From: Candidatus Tectimicrobiota bacterium
GTDB lineage: Bacteria; UBA8248
Assembly (NCBI GenBank): GCA_016192135.1
Contig: JACPUR010000035.1
Coordinates: forward strand, 95,056 to 159,055
Direction of reading: 5' to 3'
DNA length: 64,000 nt
This document shows, in pieces, positions 8,875 through 17,169 of this stretch. The translations under genes and the position numbers were made by a program. Under the pieces are notes generated by a model, which saw only the letters and a program-made list of their open reading frames with translations, was not told where the DNA came from and made no database searches. Position 1 is the first letter of the stretch. The number at the start of each line of letters is the position of its first letter.

Positions 8875-9939
8875 GTGTCCACGCTGGTCCTTCAGGGAGT
8901 GAGCAAGAGCTACGGCGAGGTCCGCGCGGTCCGCGACTTCAACCTCGAGGTGAAGTCCGGGGAGTCCGTGGTCTTCCTGGGGCCGAGCGGCTGCGGCAAG
9001 ACGACCACCCTCCGCATGATCGCGGGCTTCATCCAGCCGGACGCGGGCGAGATCCGCATGGACGGGGAGCTGGTCGCCTCCGCCCGCTTCTCCATGCCGC
9101 CCGACAGGCGCAGCTTCGCCATGGTGTTCCAGAACTACGCCGTCTGGCCCCATATGACCGTGGCCGAGAACCTCGCCTTCGGCCTCACGCTCCGCAAGCT
9201 CTCCAAGGCCGAGATCGGGCGGCGGGTGGGGCGCGCCCTGGAACTCGTCCAGATGAGCGCCCTGGGCGGCCGGCTGCCCAGCGCCCTCTCGGGCGGCCAG
9301 CAGCAGCGCGTGGCCCTGGCCCGCGCCCTTGTGCTCGAGCCCAAGCTCCTCCTCCTGGACGAGCCCCTCTCCAACCTCGACGCCACCCTGCGCGAGGAGA
9401 TGCGCTTCGAGATCAAGCACCTCCAGCGCCGGCTCGGCATCACGAGCATCTACGTCACCCACGACCAGGAAGAGGCCATGGTGGTCGGGGACCGCATCGT
9501 CGTCATGCGCCACGGCAAGGAGGAGCAGATCGGCTCGCCCGAGGACATCTACCGCCGCTCGGCCACCGAGTTCGTCGCCACCTTCGTCGGGCTCGCCAAC
9601 ACCCTCGAGGCCCGCGTCGCGGAAGGCGAGGGCCTGGTGGACGCGGGGCTGGGGGCGCCGCTCCGGGTGACGGGCCGGCCGGAAGGCCGGGCCGCCGGCG
9701 AGGCCATCCGGGTGGCCATCCGGCCCGAGGGCATCACCCTCAACCCCCCGGACGGCGGACCCAACTGCTTCGAGGCCTCAGTAAGCGAGCGCTACTTCCT
9801 CGGCGAGGTCCTGGACCTCCGCCTCCGCGTGGGCTCCCGCACGCTGCGCGCCCGGGTGCGGAGCGTGGCGGCCGTCAGCGAAGGAGACGCGGTCCGCATC
9901 CACATCAACCCCGAGCTGTGCCAGGTGTTGGGGGGGTAG
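8875..9939 (+). CDS. ABC transporter ATP-binding protein (FbpC/PotA-like)
   Basis: GTG start after GGAGGTG. Walker A (GPSGCGKTT), signature (LSGGQQQRVALARAL), Walker B (LLLDEP), C-terminal TOBE-like domain. Confidence 0.85.
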   Translation: MSTLVLQGVSKSYGEVRAVRDFNLEVKSGESVVFLGPSGCGKTTTLRMIAGFIQPDAGEIRMDGELVASARFSMPPDRRSFAMVFQNYAVWPHMTVAENLAFGLTLRKLSKAEIGRRVGRALELVQMSALGGRLPSALSGGQQQRVALARALVLEPKLLLLDEPLSNLDATLREEMRFEIKHLQRRLGITSIYVTHDQEEAMVVGDRIVVMRHGKEEQIGSPEDIYRRSATEFVATFVGLANTLEARVAEGEGLVDAGLGAPLRVTGRPEGRAAGEAIRVAIRPEGITLNPPDGGPNCFEASVSERYFLGEVLDLRLRVGSRTLRARVRSVAAVSEGDAVRIHINPELCQVLGG

Positions 9940-10041
9940 GGAGGGACCGCTGGAAGGAAATGGGCTTCGCCGCCGCGCCGCTCTACCTGCACTTCAACCG
10001 GGCGCTGATTTCGGCGGGGAGGGTTTCGTAGGGATTCGCGT

Positions 10042-10269
10042 TTAAAGCATCCCCAGGAAGTCATCCAGTTCGATTTCGGCTTGTTTGAGGATGTGAGCTA
10101 GGGTCGAGCGCTTGACAGGGCGGTGGGCAGGGACGACCAGCTTCAAGAGGTGTTCCCCCTCACGCTTTTGAAGCCGGATATGGCTCCCCCGTTGCCTCAC
10201 GACAATCCACCCTGTCCGTTGAAGGGCACGGACTACCTGGACATACGAAAGGCTGGGGACCCGCGTCAA
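10042..10269 (-). CDS. hicA: HicA-family toxin (mRNA interferase, YcfA-like)
   Basis: 75 aa. GSHIRL motif and basic fold typical of HicA. 4-nt overlap with the upstream hicB. Confidence 0.75.
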   Translation of the reverse strand: MTRVPSLSYVQVVRALQRTGWIVVRQRGSHIRLQKREGEHLLKLVVPAHRPVKRSTLAHILKQAEIELDDFLGML

Positions 10270-10469
10270 AGAACGAGTTCCATCACTTTGGCTTTTTCGG
10301 CCGGGAGGGCGTCATCCTCGGCAGATTCCAGATAAAGCTCGATGGCCTCGCGGATGTTGGCGAGGGCCTCCTCCTCGGTCTCCCCTTCGCTGACGCAGCC
10401 GGGGAGGGAGGGGGCATAGACCGTGAAGCCGCCTTCATCGCTGGGTTCGAGAATGATCTTGAGTTTCAT
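10266..10469 (-). CDS. hicB: HicB-family antitoxin (UPF0150)
   Basis: 67 aa. (FTVYAPSLPGCVSEGETEEEALANIREAIELYLE) is typical of HicB N-domain proteins. Confidence 0.7.
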   Translation of the reverse strand: MKLKIILEPSDEGGFTVYAPSLPGCVSEGETEEEALANIREAIELYLESAEDDALPAEKAKVMELVL

Positions 10470-10543
10470 GGCCGCAGTCCCCTTCTTGGCAAGCCTAACT
10501 TTTTTTATTCTACCGCAATTCCAGGCGGGACAGGGGTTGCGAT

Positions 10544-11398
10544 TTACTCCGTGAACTCGGGCTCGATCCTCCTGGGCACGATCCCCGCCTCGTACGCCCT
10601 TCGCAGGAGAACGCGGACCGCCTCCTTGCCCCGCTCGCCGTAGCCCCGCGTCCAGTCGTTCACGTACATCCCGACGAAGCGGTCCGCCTTCTCCCGGGGG
10701 AGGTCACGCGCGTAGCGCATGGCGTGGTCGAGGGCCTCTTCCCGGTGGTCGAGGGCGTAGGCGATGCTCGCCGAGAGCAGCCGGCTCACCTCGCGCACCG
10801 CCTCGGGGCCCAGGTCCTTCCGGATGACGTTGCCGCCCAAGGGCAGGGGCAGGCCCGTCTCCTTCTTCCACCAGGCGCCCAGGTCCTCGACGAGGTGGAA
10901 GCCCTCCTCCGCGTAGGTGAGCTGGCCCTCGTGGATGAGGAGGCCGCAGGGCACGGAGCCCCCCGCCACCTCCTCCATGATCCGGTCGAAGGGGACGACG
11001 CGGTGTTGGGGCTCGGCTCCTCCCAGGTAGAGCCGGAGCGCGAGGTAGGCCGTGGTGAGGAGGCCCGGGACGGCGATCTCCGCGCCCCGCACCTCCTCCT
11101 TCACCATGGGCCGGCGCGCGACGAGGACGGGGCCGTAGCCATCCCCGAAGCTCGCCCCGTGGGGGAGGATGGCGTAGCGGTCCGCGAGGTGGCAGTAGGC
11201 GTGGAAGCTCACCGCGCTGACCTCGTAGGTCCCCTCGAAGGCGGCCCGGTTCAGCGTCTCGATGTCCCGGAGCTCGTGAACGAACTCATAGCGCCCGGTG
11301 CCGATCTTGCCGTTGGCGAGGGCGTGGAACATGAAGGCGTCGTCCGAGTCCGGGCTGTGGGCGACGCGGATGGTCCTTGGCGCGTCCTTCGCCCTCAT
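10544..11398 (-). CDS. mqnD: 1,4-dihydroxy-6-naphthoate synthase (MqnD), futalosine menaquinone pathway
   Basis: ATG 11398 overlaps the upstream stop (ATGA). (VAHSPDSDDAFMFHAL ... GASFGDGYGPVLVAR) matches the MqnA/MqnD (PF02621) pattern, closest to MqnD (HSPCPNDxFxFxAL). The 682-aa ORF-track extension is rejected. Confidence 0.6.
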   Translation of the reverse strand: MRAKDAPRTIRVAHSPDSDDAFMFHALANGKIGTGRYEFVHELRDIETLNRAAFEGTYEVSAVSFHAYCHLADRYAILPHGASFGDGYGPVLVARRPMVKEEVRGAEIAVPGLLTTAYLALRLYLGGAEPQHRVVPFDRIMEEVAGGSVPCGLLIHEGQLTYAEEGFHLVEDLGAWWKKETGLPLPLGGNVIRKDLGPEAVREVSRLLSASIAYALDHREEALDHAMRYARDLPREKADRFVGMYVNDWTRGYGERGKEAVRVLLRRAYEAGIVPRRIEPEFTE

Positions 11399-12534
11399 CC
11401 GAACGCGCTCCGGCTCCGGCCCTTGTAGTCCCGGGCGAGGACGGGGAAGTCGCCCTCCGCCACGCGGCGGATGAGGGCGCCCAGGAGGGCGGAGAGGGCC
11501 TCGAGGTCGGACTCGAGGAACATCTCGACCGGAGAGTGCGCGAAGCGCCGGGGGAGGTTGAGGTTCACCACCGGGAGCCCGCCCGGCAGGGATCGGCTCA
11601 GGGTGGCGGCATCGGTGAAGGTGTTGGCGACGGCGTCCTCCTGGAGAGGGGCGCCCGCGGCCCGGGCCGTCTCCTTCACCCACTCCGCGAGGGGGGCCGG
11701 GGCGATGTGGCCGAGGAAGGTGATCGGGTGGTGGTCGTAGCGGCGGAGGGCGGGCCCGGCGCCCATCCGGAGCGCCTGGCCGTCCGGGGTGCCGGCGGGG
11801 CCTCCGGCCAGGACGGTGTCGAGGACGATGGCGAGATCGGGCGGGTGGCCCCCCATGGTGTGGGTCACGTTCAGGACGGAGGCGCCGCGCGAGCCGAGCT
11901 CCTCCTGGACGCAGAAGGCGGCGGTGAGCTTGAGGCGGCCGGCGAGGGGTCCCGCGTTCAGGAAGGCCTCGGCGCAGAGGGCGCAGCCCGAGCGGTTGTC
12001 CACCGCCTTGGACTTCCAGGCGCCTCCTGGCATGCCCGCGAAGGGGCCGTGGAAGACCCCGAGGGTGCCCGGCCCGATGCCGAGCTTCCGGACGGCCGCG
12101 CCGTCCAGCCCGCCCACCTCGATCCACATCTGGGCGGGGGTGGGGTGCTGGTCGCCGGAGAGGAACTGCTGATGCCCGCCCGCGATGTGGACGATGCCCC
12201 GGTGGAGGGAGCCGTCCGGCGCGAGGAGGTCGATCTCCCGGCCCGGGAAAACCGCGTTCGCCAGCAGCCCCGCCTTGTCGAAGCGCACCGCCCCGCCCGG
12301 CTCCACCCCGGTCACGACGACGGCCACCTCGTCCATGTGGCACTGGAGGAGCAGGTGGGGCGCGCCCTCGCTCCCTAGCCGCTGGGCGAGGAGGTTGCCG
12401 AAGGCGTCCTGGCGCAGGCGGTCCGCATGGGGCAGGAGGATCGCCGCGATGGCCTCGCGCACCGCCTCCTCGCGCCCCGGCGGGCCCGGGAGGGCGCAGA
12501 GCGCCCGCAGGCGCTCGATGAGGGGGGAGGGCAT
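11395..12534 (-). CDS. M42 family metallopeptidase (glutamyl aminopeptidase / FrvX-like)
   Basis: M42 motifs (HMDEVA, FCVQEELGSRGA, metal-binding D/E/H pattern). Confidence 0.75.
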   Translation of the reverse strand: MPSPLIERLRALCALPGPPGREEAVREAIAAILLPHADRLRQDAFGNLLAQRLGSEGAPHLLLQCHMDEVAVVVTGVEPGGAVRFDKAGLLANAVFPGREIDLLAPDGSLHRGIVHIAGGHQQFLSGDQHPTPAQMWIEVGGLDGAAVRKLGIGPGTLGVFHGPFAGMPGGAWKSKAVDNRSGCALCAEAFLNAGPLAGRLKLTAAFCVQEELGSRGASVLNVTHTMGGHPPDLAIVLDTVLAGGPAGTPDGQALRMGAGPALRRYDHHPITFLGHIAPAPLAEWVKETARAAGAPLQEDAVANTFTDAATLSRSLPGGLPVVNLNLPRRFAHSPVEMFLESDLEALSALLGALIRRVAEGDFPVLARDYKGRSRSAFG

Positions 12535-12542
12535 GGCCGGGC

Positions 12543-13214
12543 TCAGTCCACGATGGCGATCGCGCGGGCGGGGGCCGCCTCGGCGTCCGCAATCTTGATC
12601 GGAAGGGCCATCATGAAGAAGCGCTCCTTCTTGACCTTATCCAGGTTGTCCAGGCCCTCGATGAGGACGACGCCCGCCCCGAGCATGACGTGGTGCACCT
12701 TGAACTCGGTCGAGTCGAAGTCGGTGCGGCGGGCGTCGTACTCCTCGAAGAAGTCGAAGGCGATGGCCTTGGGCTTGCGCGCGACCAGCCATTTGGCGGC
12801 GGAGACATCGATGTAGGGGGACTTGGTGTAGTACTCGAGCGTGCCGAACATCTTGCGGCCCCAGTCGGTGCGCACCACGATGATGTCCCCGGCGCGGCAC
12901 TTCTTCTCGTGCTTCTCGAGGTGGGCCGCTTTGATCACCGCGTTGGGCTTGCCCATCGAGGTGACGTCGAGCATGACGGCCTCGCCCATGTAGAGCTGGA
13001 AGTCGATGGCCCCGACGGTGGGGGCGCCCTTCACGACGTGCAGGGGGCTGTCCACGTGGGTGCCGGTGTGGGCGCTGAGCTCGAGCCAGGTGGCCTGCCA
13101 GTGGTGGGAATAGGGCCCCCGGTAGGCGGTGGTGTGCTTCACCTTCTGGGGGACGCCCGGGGGGATGGGGACGCCGCTCTTGATCTCGCAGCTGATGTCG
13201 ATGTAGCGGGGCAT
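12543..13214 (-). CDS. cyclase family protein (kynurenine formamidase-like, PF04199)
   Basis: (HTGTHVDSPLH) plus the conserved cyclase core. First gene of the cyclase / M42 / mqnD operon. Confidence 0.75.
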   Translation of the reverse strand: MPRYIDISCEIKSGVPIPPGVPQKVKHTTAYRGPYSHHWQATWLELSAHTGTHVDSPLHVVKGAPTVGAIDFQLYMGEAVMLDVTSMGKPNAVIKAAHLEKHEKKCRAGDIIVVRTDWGRKMFGTLEYYTKSPYIDVSAAKWLVARKPKAIAFDFFEEYDARRTDFDSTEFKVHHVMLGAGVVLIEGLDNLDKVKKERFFMMALPIKIADAEAAPARAIAIVD

Positions 13215-13384
13215 GACAGCCTCCTTGTGGATATGCGCGCGCCCGAGCCACTGGCCGGCTTATGAGCGCCAATCTTGGCACGCACGCACGCTTCTGCCAA
13301 GCCTCCCGGCCTGTTCAGGCGCCCGGCCAGGAGGCGTATGATGGTTCCCGGAGGCGTCCGCCCGGACGCCCGAAAGGAGGCTGC

Positions 13385-13945
13385 ATGCAATCGCCGGAAA
13401 TGACGGGTCCCGAGGGTCCCGCCCCCGAGATACGGTTCGAGGACGGCGGGGGAAGCCCCGTTCCGCTCTCCTCGCTGTGGAAGCAGGGACCCCTCGCGCT
13501 CGTCTTCATGCGCCACCTGGGGTGAATTTTCTGCCGGGAGCAGGTGGCGCAGTTGCGCCGCGCGTGGCCGCTGTTCCAGGACAAGAAGATCCGGGTGGTC
13601 GCCGTGAGCCCGGCGGAGGGGGCCGCCGCCGAGGCGGTGTGCGGGATGCTGGGCTCTCCCTTCATCTGCCTGGGGGATCCGGCCGGAAAGGCATACGACG
13701 CCTTCGGCCTCGTTCAGGCCGAGGTCTCGCAGTTGATTAACTTCCGCACCTTCTCGCGCGGCCTCTGGGCCATGCTGCGCGGGCACAGACATGGCCAGAC
13801 CATCGGCGACCGCTCGCGCCTGCCGGGCGCCTTCATCATCGACGGGGAGGGGACGATCCGCTGGGGGCGCCGGGGGCGGGATGCGGCCGATCATCCCACG
13901 GCGCAGGACCTGCTCAACGCCTGGGATGGGATCCAGCGGGCGTGA
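13385..13945 (+). CDS. thioredoxin-fold redoxin (AhpC/TSA-like) with an in-frame TGA at 13523-13525, candidate selenoprotein (UxxC)
   Basis: ATG 13385 after AAAGGAGG. The N-terminal redoxin pattern (PVPLSSLWKQGPLALVFMRHLG) is followed by TGA and then (IFCREQVAQLRRAWPLFQDKKIRVVAVSP), so the stop sits exactly at the first Cys position of the CxxC redox motif. The reading frame stays open and family-like to 13945. Reading as two separate ORFs would split the domain. Confidence 0.5.
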
Positions 13946-14984
13946 GGAGGGGCGCCGCTAGCTTCTCGGGCCGTCCCACCGTATGCAGCGGGACCGGTTC
14001 GGGGCAGGGGGGGAGGGCCCCGTATCCGCCCGGAGAGCATCCGCGGCGCAGCGCGGCCACCACCCGGCGCTCCAGGAATTCCACCAGATAGCTCACCGCC
14101 TGCTGGCCGGGCGAGGGGTCCAGGCTGAACATGAAGTCGTGGTTCGCCCGGGGGAGAAGCACCAGGTCGGCCGGGATGTTCCTCTCCCGGAGCGCCCCAT
14201 GATATTCCCGCGCCTGCTGATAGGGGATCCAGGCGTCCCTCCGCCCATGGAGGAGAAGGACGGGGGAACGGACCTTCCCGATGAGGGCCTGCGGGTCCTG
14301 CCGGGCGAACCACTGGTGCCAGAGCCGGCCATCCTCGTCGGCGAAATAGTAGGAGAGCCGGATGTCCCAGGTGTCCATGAGGGGCCGGAAGCGATAGCCG
14401 CCGTAGAAGGAGACGATGCCCGCCACCTTCCCCGGCCGCCGCGCGGCCACCTGAAAGGCGTAGCTCCCTCCCAGGCTGAAGCCGACGAGCGTCACCCCGC
14501 CCCCCTCGCAGCGCGGGTGCGCCGCCAGGGTGTCCACCCCGCGGGCCATGTCCTCGAGCAGGAAATGGAAGCGCTCGACCCGCTCGGGAAAGGGGCGCAT
14601 CCCTTCCTTCAGGTTCACCATCCGGGCCGAATAATAGTTAATGTAGAGGACGCCGTACCCCAACCGGGCCAGCTGCAGGGCGTAAGGCCGGTAGGACCGC
14701 CAGAAGCCGATCTGCCCGTGCAGGAAGAGCAGGCAGGGGCTCTTGGCGGGCGCCGAGGCCCCGGCAGGAAGGGCCATGTAGCCCTCGATGGGCAAGCCGT
14801 CCGGGCTGGCGTAGCGGAAGGGCTGCAATTCCCCTTCATGCCGGGGCGGGGGAGGCAGCTTGACGTTCCCGGCCGGCGGAAACAGCGCGCACCCTCCGGC
14901 GAGAAGCAGGGCGGCCAGGAGGGCCGGCCGGTGGCCCCCACTGCGCTTCCAGGGAGTGCGCGGTGCGTTCGCTCGGATTGTCAA
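13914..14984 (-). CDS. alpha/beta hydrolase (dienelactone hydrolase/esterase-like) lipoprotein
   Basis: Signal peptide plus lipobox (LLLAGGC). (GFSLGG) nucleophile elbow. Conserved D and H downstream. Confidence 0.65.
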   Translation of the reverse strand: MTIRANAPRTPWKRSGGHRPALLAALLLAGGCALFPPAGNVKLPPPPRHEGELQPFRYASPDGLPIEGYMALPAGASAPAKSPCLLFLHGQIGFWRSYRPYALQLARLGYGVLYINYYSARMVNLKEGMRPFPERVERFHFLLEDMARGVDTLAAHPRCEGGGVTLVGFSLGGSYAFQVAARRPGKVAGIVSFYGGYRFRPLMDTWDIRLSYYFADEDGRLWHQWFARQDPQALIGKVRSPVLLLHGRRDAWIPYQQAREYHGALRERNIPADLVLLPRANHDFMFSLDPSPGQQAVSYLVEFLERRVVAALRRGCSPGGYGALPPCPEPVPLHTVGRPEKLAAPLLTPAGSHPRR

Positions 14985-15126
14985 TATCCCGCCTGCTAGA
15001 TGGCCCGGTGCAGCGCCGTAAGCTGAAGTTCATCTTAGGTGCGTCGAAAGAGCGGCGTCAAACCCGGGAAAGGCCTGAGTTTGACCCTCTCCAAATCCCC
15101 GTGCTAGCTTCCGCCCTTCTGCTCCC

Positions 15127-15831
15127 ATGGAGGGATGGAAAGTGGACATCCTCTTGAGCGTGGTCATCCCCTGCTACAACGAGGAAGCCACCATCCGGCA
15201 GGTCGTGGAACGGGTGAAGGCCGTCCCGCTCTCCCTGGAGATCATCGTGGTGGACGATGGCAGCACGGACGGGACGCGCGGCGTCCTGGCCGGGCTGGAG
15301 GGGGATGGGGTCCGCATCCTTCACCAGCCGGAGAACGGGGGAAAAGGCGCCGCCCTGGCGGCGGGTTTCGCGGCCGCGCGCGGGGACGTGCTGGTCGTCC
15401 AGGACGCCGACTTGGAATACGACCCCGCCGACCTTCCCGATCTCCTCGGGCCCATCCAGAGGGGGGTGGCGGACGTAGTTTACGGCAGCCGCTTCGGCGG
15501 AAGGCCCCAGCGCGTCCACATGTTCTGGCACAAGGTGGGCAACCGCTGCCTCACCTTCCTGACCAACCTTCTCTTCAACACCACCCTGACCGACATGGAG
15601 ACGGGCTACAAGATGTTCCGGCGGGAGGTCATCGCGGGCATCACCCTGCGCTCGCGCCGTTTCGACGTCGAGCCCGAGCTCACCGCCAAGATCTTCAAGG
15701 CGAAGCGGTGGCGGGTGTACGAGGTGCCCATCTCCTACTACGGCCGCTCCTACGACGAGGGGAAGAAGATCACCTGGCGGGACGGCGCCGTCGCCATGTG
15801 GACCCTGCTGCGCTACCGCTTCTGGGACTGA
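15127..15831 (+). CDS. family 2 glycosyltransferase (dolichyl-phosphate mannosyltransferase-like)
   Basis: (VVIPCYNEE ... IVVDDGSTDGT ... QDADLEYDP) GT2 motifs. Confidence 0.8.
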   Translation: MEGWKVDILLSVVIPCYNEEATIRQVVERVKAVPLSLEIIVVDDGSTDGTRGVLAGLEGDGVRILHQPENGGKGAALAAGFAAARGDVLVVQDADLEYDPADLPDLLGPIQRGVADVVYGSRFGGRPQRVHMFWHKVGNRCLTFLTNLLFNTTLTDMETGYKMFRREVIAGITLRSRRFDVEPELTAKIFKAKRWRVYEVPISYYGRSYDEGKKITWRDGAVAMWTLLRYRFWD

Positions 15832-15836
15832 ACGCC

Positions 15837-16625
15837 ATGCCGCTCCATCCCGTGCTCCACCCGGCGGGAGCCCCCTTCGACGCTTTTCTACGGAAGCATC
15901 ATCCCCAGAGCCTCCGCATGCGCGGCACGCTGGCCGAGTCGGGCGGCGCCTTCCCCGTCTGGACGGACAATCCGGCCGCGCCCAGGCTCGCCGTCCACGC
16001 CGCGCAGCGGAAGTGGCTCCTGCCGGTGGGCGATCCCGATGCGGTACTCGCCCATCTGGATGATCTTGACGCCCTCTCGGCCGAGGTGAACCGGGGGAGC
16101 GAGGACGAGGGCCTCCTGAAGCTGGCGTCGATCCCGCCCCCCCTGCGGGACGCCTTGGCGGCCTCGCGCCCCCTGGTCCGCCAGTCCCCCTGCGGCCTCT
16201 ATACCCTTCGGAGGGAGGACTTCCGCCCCTTCCGGGAGGGGCCGCCGGTGGAGACGCTGCGGGAGGAGGATGCCCCCCTCCTCGCCCGGCTGAGCGAGTA
16301 CGGGCACGACGTCGCGTACTGCCTGGAACGCATCCGCGGCGCCCCCACCGCGGCCGTCCGGATTGAAGGCGCCCTGGCTTCCTTCATGATCGTCCACGCC
16401 AGCGGGGACATCGGCATGCTGCGGACGCTGGACGCTTACCGCAACCGGCGGCTCGCGCGCGCCGTGGTCACGGCCATGGTGGAGCGGCAGTGGGCGCGGG
16501 GCAGGGAGGTCTTCTGCTACATCGTGGACGGGAACACGGCCTCGGAGCGGGTCTTCTTGAACCTGGGCTTTCGGCGGGCCGCGGACGTGGCGTGGGCCGT
16601 CTTCGGCCCTCCGGAGGGCGGCTGA
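15837..16625 (+). CDS. GNAT-family N-acetyltransferase-like protein
   Basis: C-terminal GNAT-like core (CYIVDGNTASERVFLNLGF). Confidence 0.45.
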   Translation: MPLHPVLHPAGAPFDAFLRKHHPQSLRMRGTLAESGGAFPVWTDNPAAPRLAVHAAQRKWLLPVGDPDAVLAHLDDLDALSAEVNRGSEDEGLLKLASIPPPLRDALAASRPLVRQSPCGLYTLRREDFRPFREGPPVETLREEDAPLLARLSEYGHDVAYCLERIRGAPTAAVRIEGALASFMIVHASGDIGMLRTLDAYRNRRLARAVVTAMVERQWARGREVFCYIVDGNTASERVFLNLGFRRAADVAWAVFGPPEGG

Positions 16626-16628
16626 GGC

Positions 16629-17114
16629 TCAGCGCGTGGCGAAGAGCATGTACTCGCGCCGGCGCGCCTCAAGGAAATTCACGAGCTGGAGCCGCTGCGC
16701 ATCCCGGGGCCCCGCGCCCGCCGCCCTGCGGAGCGCTTCCACCTCGTGGGCGAGGCGCTCGGCCTCGGCCAGGGCCTGATCCGTGAGGGAGAGAAGCGCG
16801 ATGTAGTCTCGGAGCTGGTTCTCGAGGACGCGCTTGCGCTCGAAGATGTCGCTCCCTGCCGTGCGAAGCTGAAGGTCGGCGTTGGTTTCCTTGATCAGCC
16901 CCCTCAGGGTGTCGAGTTTCTTCCGGATCTCCTTCGCCTGGGCCTCGCGGGCCCGCCGCTCCTCCTCGGCGCGCTTGCGGGCATCCTCGGGTTTCTCGGC
17001 CGGCGGCTGGTTCCCGGGCGGCGCGGGAGGCGCGGCGGGCCCCGCCAGGACGGGGAAGGGCGCCAGGGCCAGGCTCAGCGCCAGGAGGCAGGCGAGGCGG
17101 AGGGGATGAGGCAT
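16629..17114 (-). CDS. secreted coiled-coil hypothetical protein
   Basis: Signal peptide (LLALSLALAPFPVLAGPAAP). Charged heptad-like region. Confidence 0.45.
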   Translation of the reverse strand: MPHPLRLACLLALSLALAPFPVLAGPAAPPAPPGNQPPAEKPEDARKRAEEERRAREAQAKEIRKKLDTLRGLIKETNADLQLRTAGSDIFERKRVLENQLRDYIALLSLTDQALAEAERLAHEVEALRRAAGAGPRDAQRLQLVNFLEARRREYMLFATR

Positions 17115-17169
17115 GTCTTTTCTCCCGGGGGAAGGTCTCGGGGAATATTAGCCCCGGGCGGGGGACGGC

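Noticed and set aside
7255-9513. 752-aa ORF on the minus strand antisense to the ABC permease/ATPase genes. Similar long antisense or alt-frame ORFs at 18574-20640, 38167-40353, 45919-47418, 47192-48982, 59220-61784, 1765-2700 and others.
   Set aside because: They are antisense or out-of-frame to well-supported family-assignable genes. Translations are low-complexity Arg/Gly/Pro/Asp-rich, with no domain signatures. This is the typical stop-codon-poor shadow ORF of a 70% GC genome.
13262-13525. Treating 13262-13525 and 13544-13945 as two independent small genes
   Set aside because: Together they form one continuous redoxin domain, with the TGA at the catalytic Cys position. The upstream 41 aa before ATG 13385 lack an SD and look non-coding. 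Kept as a single candidate selenoprotein (alternative: pseudogene).
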